Source: Pseudomonadota bacterium
GTDB taxonomy: Bacteria; Pseudomonadota; Gammaproteobacteria; Burkholderiales; Rhodocyclaceae
Assembly: GCA_041694935.1 (NCBI GenBank)
Contig: JBGFRW010000021.1
Coordinates: forward strand, 22,171-86,170
DNA: 64,000 bases
Reading direction: 5' to 3'
Shown: positions 24,767 to 34,183 of the stretch, piece after piece
Position numbering within the stretch: position 1 is the stretch's first letter
Layout: each line of letters starts with the position of its first letter
Notes under the pieces: generated by a model
The model's input: the letters and a program-made list of their open reading frames with translations, nothing else
Told to the model about the DNA's origin: nothing
The model's database searches: none
Translations under genes and position numbers: made by a program

Positions 24767-27457
24767 TCAGCGCCGGCCGAGCAGCCAGGCGTCGAACTCG
24801 GCGAGCGGCATCGGGCGCCCGAAGTGGTAGCCCTGCAGGTAGTCGACGCCCATCGACGTGAGCAGTTCCGCCGTCCTCTGGTCCTCGACGCCCTCGGCTA
24901 TCGTCGCCAGTTCCAGCGCCTTGGCGAATTGAATGATCGCGCGCACGATCGACTGGCCCGAGTTCTCGTGGATGCGACGCACGAAGGAAATGTCGATCTT
25001 CAGTTCGTTGACGGGCATTTCATGAAGTTGCGATAGCGCCGAGTAGCCGGTGCCGAAGTCGTCGATGGCGATATGGAATCCAATGCTATGCAGATCGTGG
25101 AGCCGCTGCGGCGCATTGGCGGCCTCCAGCAACGCGATGCTCTCGGTGACCTCGATCGTCACGGTATCCATGGCAAAGCCGTTCTTCGCGAGTTGGCCGA
25201 CCATTTGTTCGGCGAAATGTTCCGAGAATAGTTGGCGCTTGGAGATGTTAAGTGCTGGCCGAATATTTAGCCCTCGCTCGCGCCAGTGAATCATCGCGGC
25301 CAGCGTCTGTTCCCAGATCTGTTGGCCGACCTCGCGGATCAGGCCGGTGCTCTCTGCGATCGGGATGAAGGTCGCAGGGCTGACCCAGCCGAACTCTGCA
25401 TCGTGCCAGCGCGCCAGAACCTCCACTAGGTGGCAATCCCCGCCATCGGCAGTGAGAATAGGCTGGAACCAGGCCTGGATACGTTTTGAGACCACCGCTT
25501 CCGCCAGTTTGTTCTGAATGTAGAGTTCCTGGCTGCTGCTGCCCTTGTCGCTGATCTCACCAAAGAAGCAGGTTTGGTTGCGCCCTTGCGTCTTCGCGTA
25601 GAACATTGCGCGATCGGCGTGCGCCAGCAGCGTTTCTGGATTCGTGGCATCGTGCGGGTACAGTGCGATACCCATGCTGAAAGTCACGACGTATTCTGCG
25701 TCGTCCAGAGGCACAGGATTCTTCAGGGCGACTTCGATCTTGCGCGCTACGTCGCGCGCGTCGTGGGTATCGGCCAGTTCGGGCAGCAACAGGACGAATT
25801 CGTCGCCGCCCCAGCGGGCCAAAGTGTCGCCTGCGCGCAACTGGTTGCGCAGGGCGATGGAAAATGCCACCAGCAGACGGTCGCCAGCCTTGTGGCCGAG
25901 GGTGTCGTTGATCTTCTTGAAGTGGTCGAGATCGATGAAACAGATCGCCACGCTGCGGCTGCTGCGGCTGGCCATGCGTAGGGCAATCTTGATACGATCC
26001 TCGAGCAGTACACGGTTGGGCAGGTCGGTCAGCGCGTCGTGTAGCGCCATATGGGTGATCTGCTGCTCGTGCAGGTAGGTTTGGGTGATGTCGCGCAAAA
26101 CGCCGCGGATGCCGCTCAGAGTGCCGTCCGCGTCGTGTTGGGCGATCAGACGGCATTCCGCCCATTGATCGTTGCCCTTGTCGTTGCGCAAGCGCAGCCG
26201 CAACTGCGCCTGGCTTTTGTCGCCCAGCTTGAAGGCTTCACCCAGTGCCCGGACGGCACTTGCATCGTCGCGATGGATGAATTCCGTCAGCGAGATACCT
26301 TCGATCTTGTCCTGGCAGTGGGTGAGGCGGTGCCAGCCAGGGCTGGCGAGAACGATGCGTCCTTCGGGATCGAGTTCCAGCACCGCTTCTTCCAGCATGG
26401 CCAGCGTGTCCAGATAGCTGCGCTGTTCGCTTTCACGCGCGTTGAACCGCTGCATCATCGTTTCCATCGCCCCAGCGACGTCGCCGATCTCGTCCTGTTT
26501 GGCGTGCGCAGCAACGAGCAGCGCAGTCGATGCTTCAACCGAAGAGCTGTCGGCATAGGCATGAGCCGCCGAGCCGAGTGACTCGATGCGGCGGACAGTA
26601 TGCGTCAGCCAGCGGCCGAGACCCAGCCATAGCATGAGGGTGATCAGCGCGATCGCGCCCAGTGGACGCAGTATGAACTCTTTGACGGGCATGCTGTCGT
26701 GGAACTCGCGGTGGATCACGAGCGTCGGTGCGTTCGGGCTGTCGTGTGGCCAGCGCAGTTCGATCTGGATGAAAGCTGGGTCGGTGTTTTGGTGCAGGCC
26801 TTCCTGGCCGGGACGAAACTCGTCGGTGAGCAGTGGATCGGAGTCTGCGATCAGCTTGCCGAAGCCATGAAGGTGGAGGTGAGTCTCCGGAGTGAGCAAT
26901 TCCTTGAGAGTGCCGGTATTGATTTCTTTGTACAGCAGGAGTTGTCCTTCGCCATCGTCGCCGAGCCAAAGGGGAACTTTGAAGACCCGGAAAAGCTCCT
27001 GTGTGGTGCTGTCGAAATGCCAACCCGGAATGCCCTTCTTACCTGTGAGCATGAGACGTTCGGATGCAATTCCGTAATGGAATAGGATGGTGCCGTTGCT
27101 GCTGATGATCAACAGATTCGAAAAATCCAGGAAATCCCACTGGGCGGTCAGGAAAGTGTTCAGCTTGGCGGTGCGCCTGTCGTCGCGCTCTTCGAGGATG
27201 CGTGTGAACTCGATGCGTTCGCGGAGCTGCTCGGCATGGATGCGCCATCGATCTTCTACTCTCGGCAGTAGATCGGCATAGAAGCTGCGTGTCACCTCGA
27301 TCTTCTGGGCGATTTCCTTCTGCTGACGGGTCTGAAAGGTGTTCAGGCCTATCAGTGAGATGCCGATGATCAGGAGAAGGATGACGCCGGTGAACCGGCT
27401 GACTGCCTGGCGTCGTATGGAAATGCGATCGGCAGGGGGGGGGAGCTTGTTAGTCAA
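24767..27457 (-). CDS. Membrane sensor diguanylate cyclase/phosphodiesterase (large periplasmic domain-HAMP-PAS-GGDEF-EAL)
   Basis: 896 aa with TM segments near residues 25-45 and 265-285. It has a PAS-like block, GGDEF (RWGGDEFVLL) and an EAL-type domain (EVLARW...DDFGTGYS). The apparent start is TTG, overlapping the upstream stop. Confidence 0.9.
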   Translation of the reverse strand: MTNKLPPPADRISIRRQAVSRFTGVILLLIIGISLIGLNTFQTRQQKEIAQKIEVTRSFYADLLPRVEDRWRIHAEQLRERIEFTRILEERDDRRTAKLNTFLTAQWDFLDFSNLLIISSNGTILFHYGIASERLMLTGKKGIPGWHFDSTTQELFRVFKVPLWLGDDGEGQLLLYKEINTGTLKELLTPETHLHLHGFGKLIADSDPLLTDEFRPGQEGLHQNTDPAFIQIELRWPHDSPNAPTLVIHREFHDSMPVKEFILRPLGAIALITLMLWLGLGRWLTHTVRRIESLGSAAHAYADSSSVEASTALLVAAHAKQDEIGDVAGAMETMMQRFNARESEQRSYLDTLAMLEEAVLELDPEGRIVLASPGWHRLTHCQDKIEGISLTEFIHRDDASAVRALGEAFKLGDKSQAQLRLRLRNDKGNDQWAECRLIAQHDADGTLSGIRGVLRDITQTYLHEQQITHMALHDALTDLPNRVLLEDRIKIALRMASRSSRSVAICFIDLDHFKKINDTLGHKAGDRLLVAFSIALRNQLRAGDTLARWGGDEFVLLLPELADTHDARDVARKIEVALKNPVPLDDAEYVVTFSMGIALYPHDATNPETLLAHADRAMFYAKTQGRNQTCFFGEISDKGSSSQELYIQNKLAEAVVSKRIQAWFQPILTADGGDCHLVEVLARWHDAEFGWVSPATFIPIAESTGLIREVGQQIWEQTLAAMIHWRERGLNIRPALNISKRQLFSEHFAEQMVGQLAKNGFAMDTVTIEVTESIALLEAANAPQRLHDLHSIGFHIAIDDFGTGYSALSQLHEMPVNELKIDISFVRRIHENSGQSIVRAIIQFAKALELATIAEGVEDQRTAELLTSMGVDYLQGYHFGRPMPLAEFDAWLLGRR

Positions 27458-28497
27458 GACTTCTCCCCGGCCCAGCGCATCGACACCATTCCCATTGCAG
27501 AAGCGAATTGCTGGCCGGGGTGCGCGGCTTGGAGAAATCGATCGGTTTCCTCGATCTGACGCCTGACAAAACGCGCATCGGTACTATAGATTCCGGGAAT
27601 GGTCTTCAGCAGCATGGCGATGTCTTCGCGTTCCATCTCCGAGCGAACCTTGGCCTGACGGGCGACTGTCTCGGGAGAGGTGGCCTGAAGCCAGACGAGT
27701 GTACGGCGCAGCATGCGCACCATCAGCTCCGCTTTTTCCTGAGTTTCAGGCAGATCGAGCGTATTGCGTGGCGTGATTACGGCACTGCGCAAGGCGCTGA
27801 TACCGGGGACCTGCGCTTGGATTTTCGGATCATTGAGGTCGGCCAGCGAGATGCCGAGCCCCGCACGCATCAATTTGAGCGGAAAGGGCTGTTCGCACAG
27901 CACCGCATCCGCTGCTTGGCTGATGAATGCACCACTGATGCTTTCCCAGTTCTGGCCGGCGGGCAGCCAACGCACCTGATGGCCGCCGACGCCATGCGTG
28001 CCCAGGATGATCTCGCAGAGCATCTGCATGTAGGTCTTGCTGCTGGGACTGCCAGTGGAGATGGCGATCGTGCGGCCCTTCAAGTCGCCGATGCGGCGGA
28101 TCTGCTTCACCAGATCCTTGCGTACCATCAATTGGAAGGAATGGCTGATGCCGGCGAGCGGGGCGATGGCAACGGCGTCCTTGCCGCTGGCGTGCATGAC
28201 CGGCAGCGTAGGAAAGCCGAGTGCGGCGAAATCGGCATTGCCGAGCAGGGTATCTTCCAGCGCGCGGATCCCGCTCGGATGGTAACGCAGCAACAGGTGA
28301 GCGCCCATTTCACGGTCGAAGCCGAGTGCGGGAATCAATTCGAGAGGGAGGAAGGGCAGCGAACCCGGGCCGGGAAGATTGAGCCGGATCAGCTTCGTAA
28401 CGCCGCCAGCGCCGGGAGGCTCCGCCAGCGCTTCGAGTGCGGAGAGCAGCGGAGCAAGGGCCGAATACAACAAAAACTTGCGGCGAGTGCGCTGCAT
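27454..28497 (-). CDS. Periplasmic substrate-binding protein (NMT1/sulfonate-nitrate-type SBP fold)
   Basis: Start chosen at MQRTRRKFLLYSALAPLLSALEALA (Tat-like signal). The 5' extension of the 28761 ORF would overlap aroC. Its stop overlaps the start of the downstream GGDEF/EAL gene. Confidence 0.7.
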   Translation of the reverse strand: MQRTRRKFLLYSALAPLLSALEALAEPPGAGGVTKLIRLNLPGPGSLPFLPLELIPALGFDREMGAHLLLRYHPSGIRALEDTLLGNADFAALGFPTLPVMHASGKDAVAIAPLAGISHSFQLMVRKDLVKQIRRIGDLKGRTIAISTGSPSSKTYMQMLCEIILGTHGVGGHQVRWLPAGQNWESISGAFISQAADAVLCEQPFPLKLMRAGLGISLADLNDPKIQAQVPGISALRSAVITPRNTLDLPETQEKAELMVRMLRRTLVWLQATSPETVARQAKVRSEMEREDIAMLLKTIPGIYSTDARFVRRQIEETDRFLQAAHPGQQFASAMGMVSMRWAGEKS

Positions 28498-28596
28498 GTT
28501 TCCCTCTCCTACGTTGTATTGCCTGTATGGCTTGGCCGACAGGGGCTTTTCTCCCCATGGTAAACTCGTTGCAACAAAATTCAAAGGCATCACGGC

Positions 28597-29706
28597 ATGT
28601 CCGGCAGCAGCTTTGGCACGTTGTTTCGCGTGTCCTCCTTTGGTGAATCCCACGGTCCTGCGATCGGTTGCGTGGTCGACGGCTGTCCTCCGGGCCTGGA
28701 AATCAGCGAAACGGATATCCAGGCAGAACTCGATCGACGCAAGCCGGGCACCTCGCGCCACGTGACCCAGCGGCGCGAGGAAGACAAGGTCGAAATCCTC
28801 TCTGGCGTGTTCGAAGGCAAGACGACCGGTACGCCGATCGCGCTATTGATTCGCAATACCGACCAGCGCAGCAAGGACTACGGCAGCATTTCCCAGACCT
28901 TTCGTCCGGGCCATGCCGACTACACCTACTGGCAGAAATACGGCATCCGCGACTATCGCGGCGGCGGTCGCTCTTCCGCGCGCGAGACGGCGGTGCGCGT
29001 CGCCGCCGGGGCGATCGCCCGCAAGTGGCTGAAAGAACGATACAACGTGACGGTGCGTGGCTGGATGAGCCAGCTCGGACCGATCGAAGTGCCCTTCGTC
29101 GATGCGGCGGCGATCGACGCCAATCCGTTCTTCGTGCCGAACGCGGAGATCGTGCCCGAACTCGAGGCCTATATGGACAGCCTGCGTAGGGATGGCGATT
29201 CGGTCGGTGCGCGCATCGAGGTCACAGCGACTGGCCTCCCGCCGGGCTGGGGTGATCCGGTCTACGAGCGGCTAGATGCGAAGATTGCCCATGCAATGAT
29301 GGGCATCAACGCGGTCAAGGGTATCGAGATCGGTGCAGGATTCCGCTCGGTCGCCCAGCGCGGCAGCGAACACGGCGACGAGCTGACTCCGGAAGGGTTT
29401 TTGAGCAACCACGCCGGAGGCATCCTCGGCGGCATCTCCTCGGGGCAGGACATCACCGTCTCTATCGCGATCAAGCCGACCTCGAGCATCCGCCTGCCGC
29501 GCCGCTCCATCGACCTGGCCGGCCAGCCGGTCGTCGTGTCCACCGAGGGACGCCACGATCCCTGCGTCGGTATCCGTGCGACGCCGATCGCCGAGGCGAT
29601 GTTGGCGCTGGTGCTGATGGACGCGGCGCTACTGCACCGTGCGCAGTGCGCCGACGTGCGCTGTCCCACGCCGGTGATTCCTGGCAAGGCGCCTGGTATT
29701 GCCTGA
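28597..29706 (+). CDS. aroC: Chorismate synthase
   Basis: 369 aa: [33 protein letters not shown]... [11 protein letters not shown]. Confidence 0.95.
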   Translation: MSGSSFGTLFRVSSFGESHGPAIGCVVDGCPPGLEISETDIQAELDRRKPGTSRHVTQRREEDKVEILSGVFEGKTTGTPIALLIRNTDQRSKDYGSISQTFRPGHADYTYWQKYGIRDYRGGGRSSARETAVRVAAGAIARKWLKERYNVTVRGWMSQLGPIEVPFVDAAAIDANPFFVPNAEIVPELEAYMDSLRRDGDSVGARIEVTATGLPPGWGDPVYERLDAKIAHAMMGINAVKGIEIGAGFRSVAQRGSEHGDELTPEGFLSNHAGGILGGISSGQDITVSIAIKPTSSIRLPRRSIDLAGQPVVVSTEGRHDPCVGIRATPIAEAMLALVLMDAALLHRAQCADVRCPTPVIPGKAPGIA

Positions 29707-29755
29707 TAGAATTTGCTCCGACTTTCAAAAAACACGAGATACACAGGGAAAAATC

Positions 29756-30019
29756 ATGCACGTCGATCACCACGATCTTTATTCCGAATTCCCCGACATG
29801 CGCGACGCCATCGACGCGCTCAAGTCGGGTTATGGTTACTTTGCCGCCATGTGCGCCCGCTACGATCGCCTGACCGGCAAGGTCGAAGATCTCGAGGAGC
29901 ACGACATGCCCGTCGGCGACTTCACGATAGAAGACATGAAGAAGGCGCGCGTCAAGCTGAAGGACGACATCTACCATTACCTCCAGGCTTACCGCGTCGG
30001 CCAGAAACACCCGGCCTGA
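29756..30019 (+). CDS. DUF465 (YdcH-like) small protein
   Basis: 87 aa: MHVDHHDLYSEFPDMRDAIDALK...FAAMCARYDRL...EDMKKARVKLKDDIYHYL, typical of the YdcH family. Confidence 0.65.
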   Translation: MHVDHHDLYSEFPDMRDAIDALKSGYGYFAAMCARYDRLTGKVEDLEEHDMPVGDFTIEDMKKARVKLKDDIYHYLQAYRVGQKHPA

Positions 30020-30038
30020 GTAGTTTTCAGGCGGTAAA

Positions 30039-31184
30039 GTGAGCCCTTTGGGGCGGCTGGCCGCCTGGTATTTCTTCTATTTCGCTTTCGTCGGCGCATT
30101 CGCGCCGTATTTCACTCTTTATTTGCAGGACATCGGCCAAAGCGCCTGGGAAATCGGCGTGCTGATGTCCGTGCCCCAGGTGATGCGCCTGTTGGCGCCG
30201 AACCTCTGGGGCTGGCTGGCCGACCATTTCGGACACCGCACGGCGATCGTGCGGCTGGCCGCAGCCTGTTCCGCGCTCGGCTTCATCGGCTTCTTCTTCA
30301 CGCAAGACTTCGCGCTGATGCTCGCAGCGATGGCGCTCGTCTGGTTCTTCTGGAGCGCTGCGCTTCCGCTCGTCGAGGCGATGACGCTCGACCGGCTCGC
30401 CGGCCGGACCGAGCGCTATGGCAGCATTCGTCTCTGGGGGTCGGTCGGATTCATCGTCAGCGTGCTGGTTATCGGCGCAATCCTCGACTATGTTCCGGCG
30501 GATGCGATTCTCTGGGCCTGTCTGTTCATTCTTGCCAGCGTGCTGGCCAGCGCGCTGACCCTGCCGGAGACGAAAGTCGCTGCCGGCGTTGCGGCGCCTC
30601 CACTCGGCAGTCTGATCATGCGCCCGGCGGTACTTGCGCTGCTGGCTGCCAGTTTCTTCATGTCCATGGCCCATGGGCCGCTCTATATCTTTTTCTCAAT
30701 CCATCTGGTCGACCACGGCTACGACAAGACGGCAGTTGGTCTCTACTGGTCGCTCGGCGTATTGGCCGAGATTGTGGTGTTTCTTTACATGCCGCGTCTG
30801 ATGAAGCACGCGTCGTTGCGAGCTATCCTATTGGCCAGTTTTGCGCTTGCCGTCGTGCGCTTCCTTTTGATCGGCTGGGGGACTGCTTCGGCGACCATGC
30901 TGCTGTTCGCCCAGATCTTGCATGGCGCGACCTTCGGGGCCTACCATGCAGCTTCTGTAGCGGTGCTGACGCAGTGGTTTCCCCCGCAACAGCAGGCACG
31001 CATGCAAGGGCTCTATGGCAGTTTGTCTTTCGGAGCGGGCGGCATGGTAGGCGGTCTGATCAGCGGCCAAGCCTGGGATAGTCTCGGTGCCGGAATGACA
31101 TATACCCTCGCAGCGCTGTTCGCGGCTTGTGGCTGGTTGCTTGTGTGGCGCTGGCTGTCATCCAAATCATTGGAGTGCCGTTGA
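30039..31184 (+). CDS. MFS transporter (HcaT/PPP-like)
   Basis: 381 aa with ~12 hydrophobic segments and the N-terminus AAWYFFYFAFVGAFAPYFTLYLQ. GTG start. Confidence 0.75.
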   Translation: MSPLGRLAAWYFFYFAFVGAFAPYFTLYLQDIGQSAWEIGVLMSVPQVMRLLAPNLWGWLADHFGHRTAIVRLAAACSALGFIGFFFTQDFALMLAAMALVWFFWSAALPLVEAMTLDRLAGRTERYGSIRLWGSVGFIVSVLVIGAILDYVPADAILWACLFILASVLASALTLPETKVAAGVAAPPLGSLIMRPAVLALLAASFFMSMAHGPLYIFFSIHLVDHGYDKTAVGLYWSLGVLAEIVVFLYMPRLMKHASLRAILLASFALAVVRFLLIGWGTASATMLLFAQILHGATFGAYHAASVAVLTQWFPPQQQARMQGLYGSLSFGAGGMVGGLISGQAWDSLGAGMTYTLAALFAACGWLLVWRWLSSKSLECR

Positions 31185-31192
31185 TTCAGACC

Positions 31193-31966
31193 ATGAAGAA
31201 AGTTTTGACCGCGGTTCTGTTCGCAACCCTGCTGGCGGGCTGCCAAAATGTTCCCCTAACGGGGCGTTCCCAGTTGTTGATGATTTCGGAGAGCCAGGAA
31301 ACGCGCATGGGGCTCGCGAGCTACCGCGAAATCATCGCCAAGGAAAAGCTGAGTCACGACCCCGTGCTCAATGCGCGCGTGCAGCGTATCGGATCGCGCA
31401 TCGCCGCGGCGACCGGTCGCACCGACTACCAGTGGGAATTCAAGGTGATCGACGACGAGGCGGTCAATGCCTTCTGTCTGCCCGGCGGCAAGGTGGCGGT
31501 ATATACGGGGGTGCTACCGATCGCCCAGGACGATGCCGGACTCGCAGCCGTGATCGGCCACGAGGTGGCGCATGCGATCGCACGCCATGGCGGCGAGCGG
31601 CTCAGCCAGGAAATCCTCGTCGCTGGCCTGACCGTTGCGACGGTAGTCGCCACTAGCGACTCAAATAATCGCAACCTGTATGCAGGCCTGCTGGGCGCGG
31701 GTGCTGCGGTCGGCTTCCTGTTGCCTTATTCCCGCCTGCATGAATCCGAAGCCGACCGCATGGGGCTGATCTACATGGCCAAGGCAGGCTACGATCCGCG
31801 TGCCGCCGTCGGACTTTGGCAACGCATGGCAAAGGTTGGCAAGGACAAGGCGAAGATGCCAGAATTTCTCTCGACCCATCCGGCTGACGAGACGCGCATC
31901 AAGGAGATCGAGCGCTGGTTGCCCGAGGCGCTGAGCCATTATCAGCCCATGCGGCCTGTGCCATAA
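31193..31966 (+). CDS. M48-family zinc metalloprotease lipoprotein
   Basis: Start at MKKVLTAVLFATLLAGC (lipobox). HEXXH motif (IGHEVAHAIARH) with a downstream E (ESEADRMG). Confidence 0.85.
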   Translation: MKKVLTAVLFATLLAGCQNVPLTGRSQLLMISESQETRMGLASYREIIAKEKLSHDPVLNARVQRIGSRIAAATGRTDYQWEFKVIDDEAVNAFCLPGGKVAVYTGVLPIAQDDAGLAAVIGHEVAHAIARHGGERLSQEILVAGLTVATVVATSDSNNRNLYAGLLGAGAAVGFLLPYSRLHESEADRMGLIYMAKAGYDPRAAVGLWQRMAKVGKDKAKMPEFLSTHPADETRIKEIERWLPEALSHYQPMRPVP

Positions 31967-31993
31967 TTCCGCTCTTCCGACGGAAATTCTCCA

Positions 31994-33400
31994 ATGCCGA
32001 AAACGCTTTACGACAAATTGTGGGAGAGCCACGTCGTCCGCACCGAGCCGGACGGCACCGCGCTGCTCTACATCGACCGCCATCTGGTACATGAGGTGAC
32101 CAGCCCGCAGGCCTTTGAGGGGCTCAAGCTCGCCGGCCGCAAGCCATGGCGCGTGTCCTCGATCGTCGCCACTGCCGACCATAACACGCCGACCGACCAC
32201 TGGGAACGCGGCATCGAAGACCCGGTATCGCGCCAGCAGGTCGAGACGCTTGACGTCAACATCCGCGAGGTTGGCGCCTTGGCCTATTTCCCGTTCAAGG
32301 ACGCCCGTCAGGGTATTGTCCATGTGGTCGGTCCGGAGAACGGTGCAACGCTGCCGGGCATGACTGTCGTCTGCGGCGACTCGCACACCTCGACCCACGG
32401 CGCCTTCGCCTGCCTGGCGCACGGCATCGGCACCTCTGAGGTCGAACACGTGATGGCGACGCAGTGTCTGCTGCAGAAGAAGATGAAGTCGATGCTGATT
32501 CGCGTCGAAGGAAAAGTCGGCGCTGGCGTGACGGCGAAGGACATCGTGCTGGCCATCATCGGCAAGATCGGCACGGCCGGCGGCACAGGTTACGCCATCG
32601 AGTTCGGCGGCAGCGCTATCCGCGCGCTGTCGATGGAAGGGCGTATGACGGTCTGCAACATGGCGATCGAGGCAGGCGCGCGTGTCGGCTTTGTCGCTGT
32701 CGACGACACCACCATCTCCTATCTCAAAGACCGTTCCTTCGCCCCAAAGGGCGAGCAGTGGGATCGCGCCGTCGCCTACTGGCATACGCTGACGTCCGAT
32801 CCGGGCGCGCAGTTCGATGCCGTCGTCGATCTCGATGCGTCGGCGATTCAGCCGCAGGTCACCTGGGGCACCTCTCCCGAGATGGTGGTGCCCGTCGACG
32901 GCCGCGTGCCGGCGCCGGAGGACTTCGTTGATCCGGTCAAGCGTGAAGGCGTCGCTCGCGCATTGCAATACATGGGGCTGGCCCCGCGCACGCCGATCAA
33001 GGAGATCAAGGTCGACCAGGTCTTCATTGGCAGTTGTACCAACTCGCGCATCGAGGACCTGCGAGAGGCGGCTTTCGTCGCCCGTGGCAGGCATAAGGCG
33101 GCGAATGTGAAACGGGTGCTTGTCGTGCCGGGTTCCGGTCTCGTCAAGAAGCAGGCCGAAGCTGAGGGGCTCGACAAGATTTTTACCGCCGCAGGTTTCG
33201 AGTGGCGCGAGCCTGGTTGCTCGATGTGCTTGGCGATGAATGCTGACCGGCTCGAGCCCGGTGAGCGTTGCGCCTCGACCTCGAACCGTAATTTCGAAGG
33301 CCGCCAGGGTAATGGCGGTCGTACTCACCTTGTCAGTCCGGCCATGGCTGCAGCCGCAGCCGTCGCTGGACATTTCGCGGATGTCAGAGACATTCTTTAA
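31994..33400 (+). CDS. leuC: 3-isopropylmalate dehydratase large subunit
   Basis: 468 aa: [15 protein letters not shown]...[12 protein letters not shown]...[12 protein letters not shown]. Confidence 0.95.
   Translation: MPKTLYDKLWESHVVRTEPDGTALLYIDRHLVHEVTSPQAFEGLKLAGRKPWRVSSIVATADHNTPTDHWERGIEDPVSRQQVETLDVNIREVGALAYFPFKDARQGIVHVVGPENGATLPGMTVVCGDSHTSTHGAFACLAHGIGTSEVEHVMATQCLLQKKMKSMLIRVEGKVGAGVTAKDIVLAIIGKIGTAGGTGYAIEFGGSAIRALSMEGRMTVCNMAIEAGARVGFVAVDDTTISYLKDRSFAPKGEQWDRAVAYWHTLTSDPGAQFDAVVDLDASAIQPQVTWGTSPEMVVPVDGRVPAPEDFVDPVKREGVARALQYMGLAPRTPIKEIKVDQVFIGSCTNSRIEDLREAAFVARGRHKAANVKRVLVVPGSGLVKKQAEAEGLDKIFTAAGFEWREPGCSMCLAMNADRLEPGERCASTSNRNFEGRQGNGGRTHLVSPAMAAAAAVAGHFADVRDIL
32511..32536 (+). 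repeat. Repeat-like segment e (sense, in conserved part of leuC; [10 protein letters not shown])
   Basis: GAAAAGTCGGCGCTGGCGTGACGGCG. The similarity stops at ...GCGAAGG, and there is no length change relative to LeuC as I recall it. Confidence 0.5.
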
Positions 33401-33411
33401 CGGAGACGATC

Positions 33412-33534
33412 ATGAAAAAACTGCTGTTCCTCATTGCCGCTGCGATGGTTGCCTTGACTGGCTGCAACACCGTCCAGGGTATCGGCAAGGATATCGAGAA
33501 GGGCGGCGAAGCGATCCAGAAGGCCACCAAGTAA
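33412..33534 (+). CDS. Entericidin-like small lipoprotein (40 aa)
   Basis: Not in the ORF track (<60 aa). ATG 33412 is preceded by GGAGA. MKKLLFLIAAAMVALTGCNTVQGIGKDIEKGGEAIQKATK has a lipobox LTGC followed by the NTxxGxGxDI...G motif typical of the EcnA/B family. Confidence 0.7.
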   Translation: MKKLLFLIAAAMVALTGCNTVQGIGKDIEKGGEAIQKATK

Positions 33535-34173
33535 ATGCGCGCTTTCACGCAACTCGACGGATTGGTTGCGCCGCTCGACCGTGCCAACGTCGATACCGAC
33601 GCGATCATCCCCAAGCAGTTCCTCAAGTCGATCAAGCGTTCCGGTTTCGGCCCGAACGCCTTCGACGAGTGGCGTTACCTCGACCACGGCGAGCCGGGCA
33701 TGGACAACAGCAAGCGCCCGCTCAACCCTGATTTCGTGCTCAACCAGCCGCGCTTCCATGGCGCCTCCATCCTGCTGACGCGCGACAACTTCGGCTGTGG
33801 CTCCTCTCGCGAGCACGCCCCCTGGGCGCTCGAGGATTACGGCTTCCGCGCACTGGTCGGCACCACCTTCGCCGACATCTTCTACAACAACAGCTTCAAG
33901 AACGGCCTGCTGCCGATCAAGCTGCCAGCCGCCGAAATCGACGAAATGTTCGCCCAGGTCGCAGCGACACCGGGTTACCGGCTGAAGATCGACTTGGCGT
34001 CTCAGACCGTGACGCGGTCCGACGGCAAGGTGCTGAGTTTCGACATCGATCAGTTCCGCAAGGAATGCCTTCTCAACGGTTGGGACGACATCGGCCTGAC
34101 GCTGCGCCATGCCGACGAGATCCGCGAGTTCGAGGCAAAACGCCGCATCGAGCAGCCCTGGTTGTTTGCATAG
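33535..34173 (+). CDS. leuD: 3-isopropylmalate dehydratase small subunit
   Basis: 212 aa: [31 protein letters not shown]...[11 protein letters not shown]. Confidence 0.95.
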   Translation: MRAFTQLDGLVAPLDRANVDTDAIIPKQFLKSIKRSGFGPNAFDEWRYLDHGEPGMDNSKRPLNPDFVLNQPRFHGASILLTRDNFGCGSSREHAPWALEDYGFRALVGTTFADIFYNNSFKNGLLPIKLPAAEIDEMFAQVAATPGYRLKIDLASQTVTRSDGKVLSFDIDQFRKECLLNGWDDIGLTLRHADEIREFEAKRRIEQPWLFA

Positions 34174-34183
34174 GAAAAACAAA

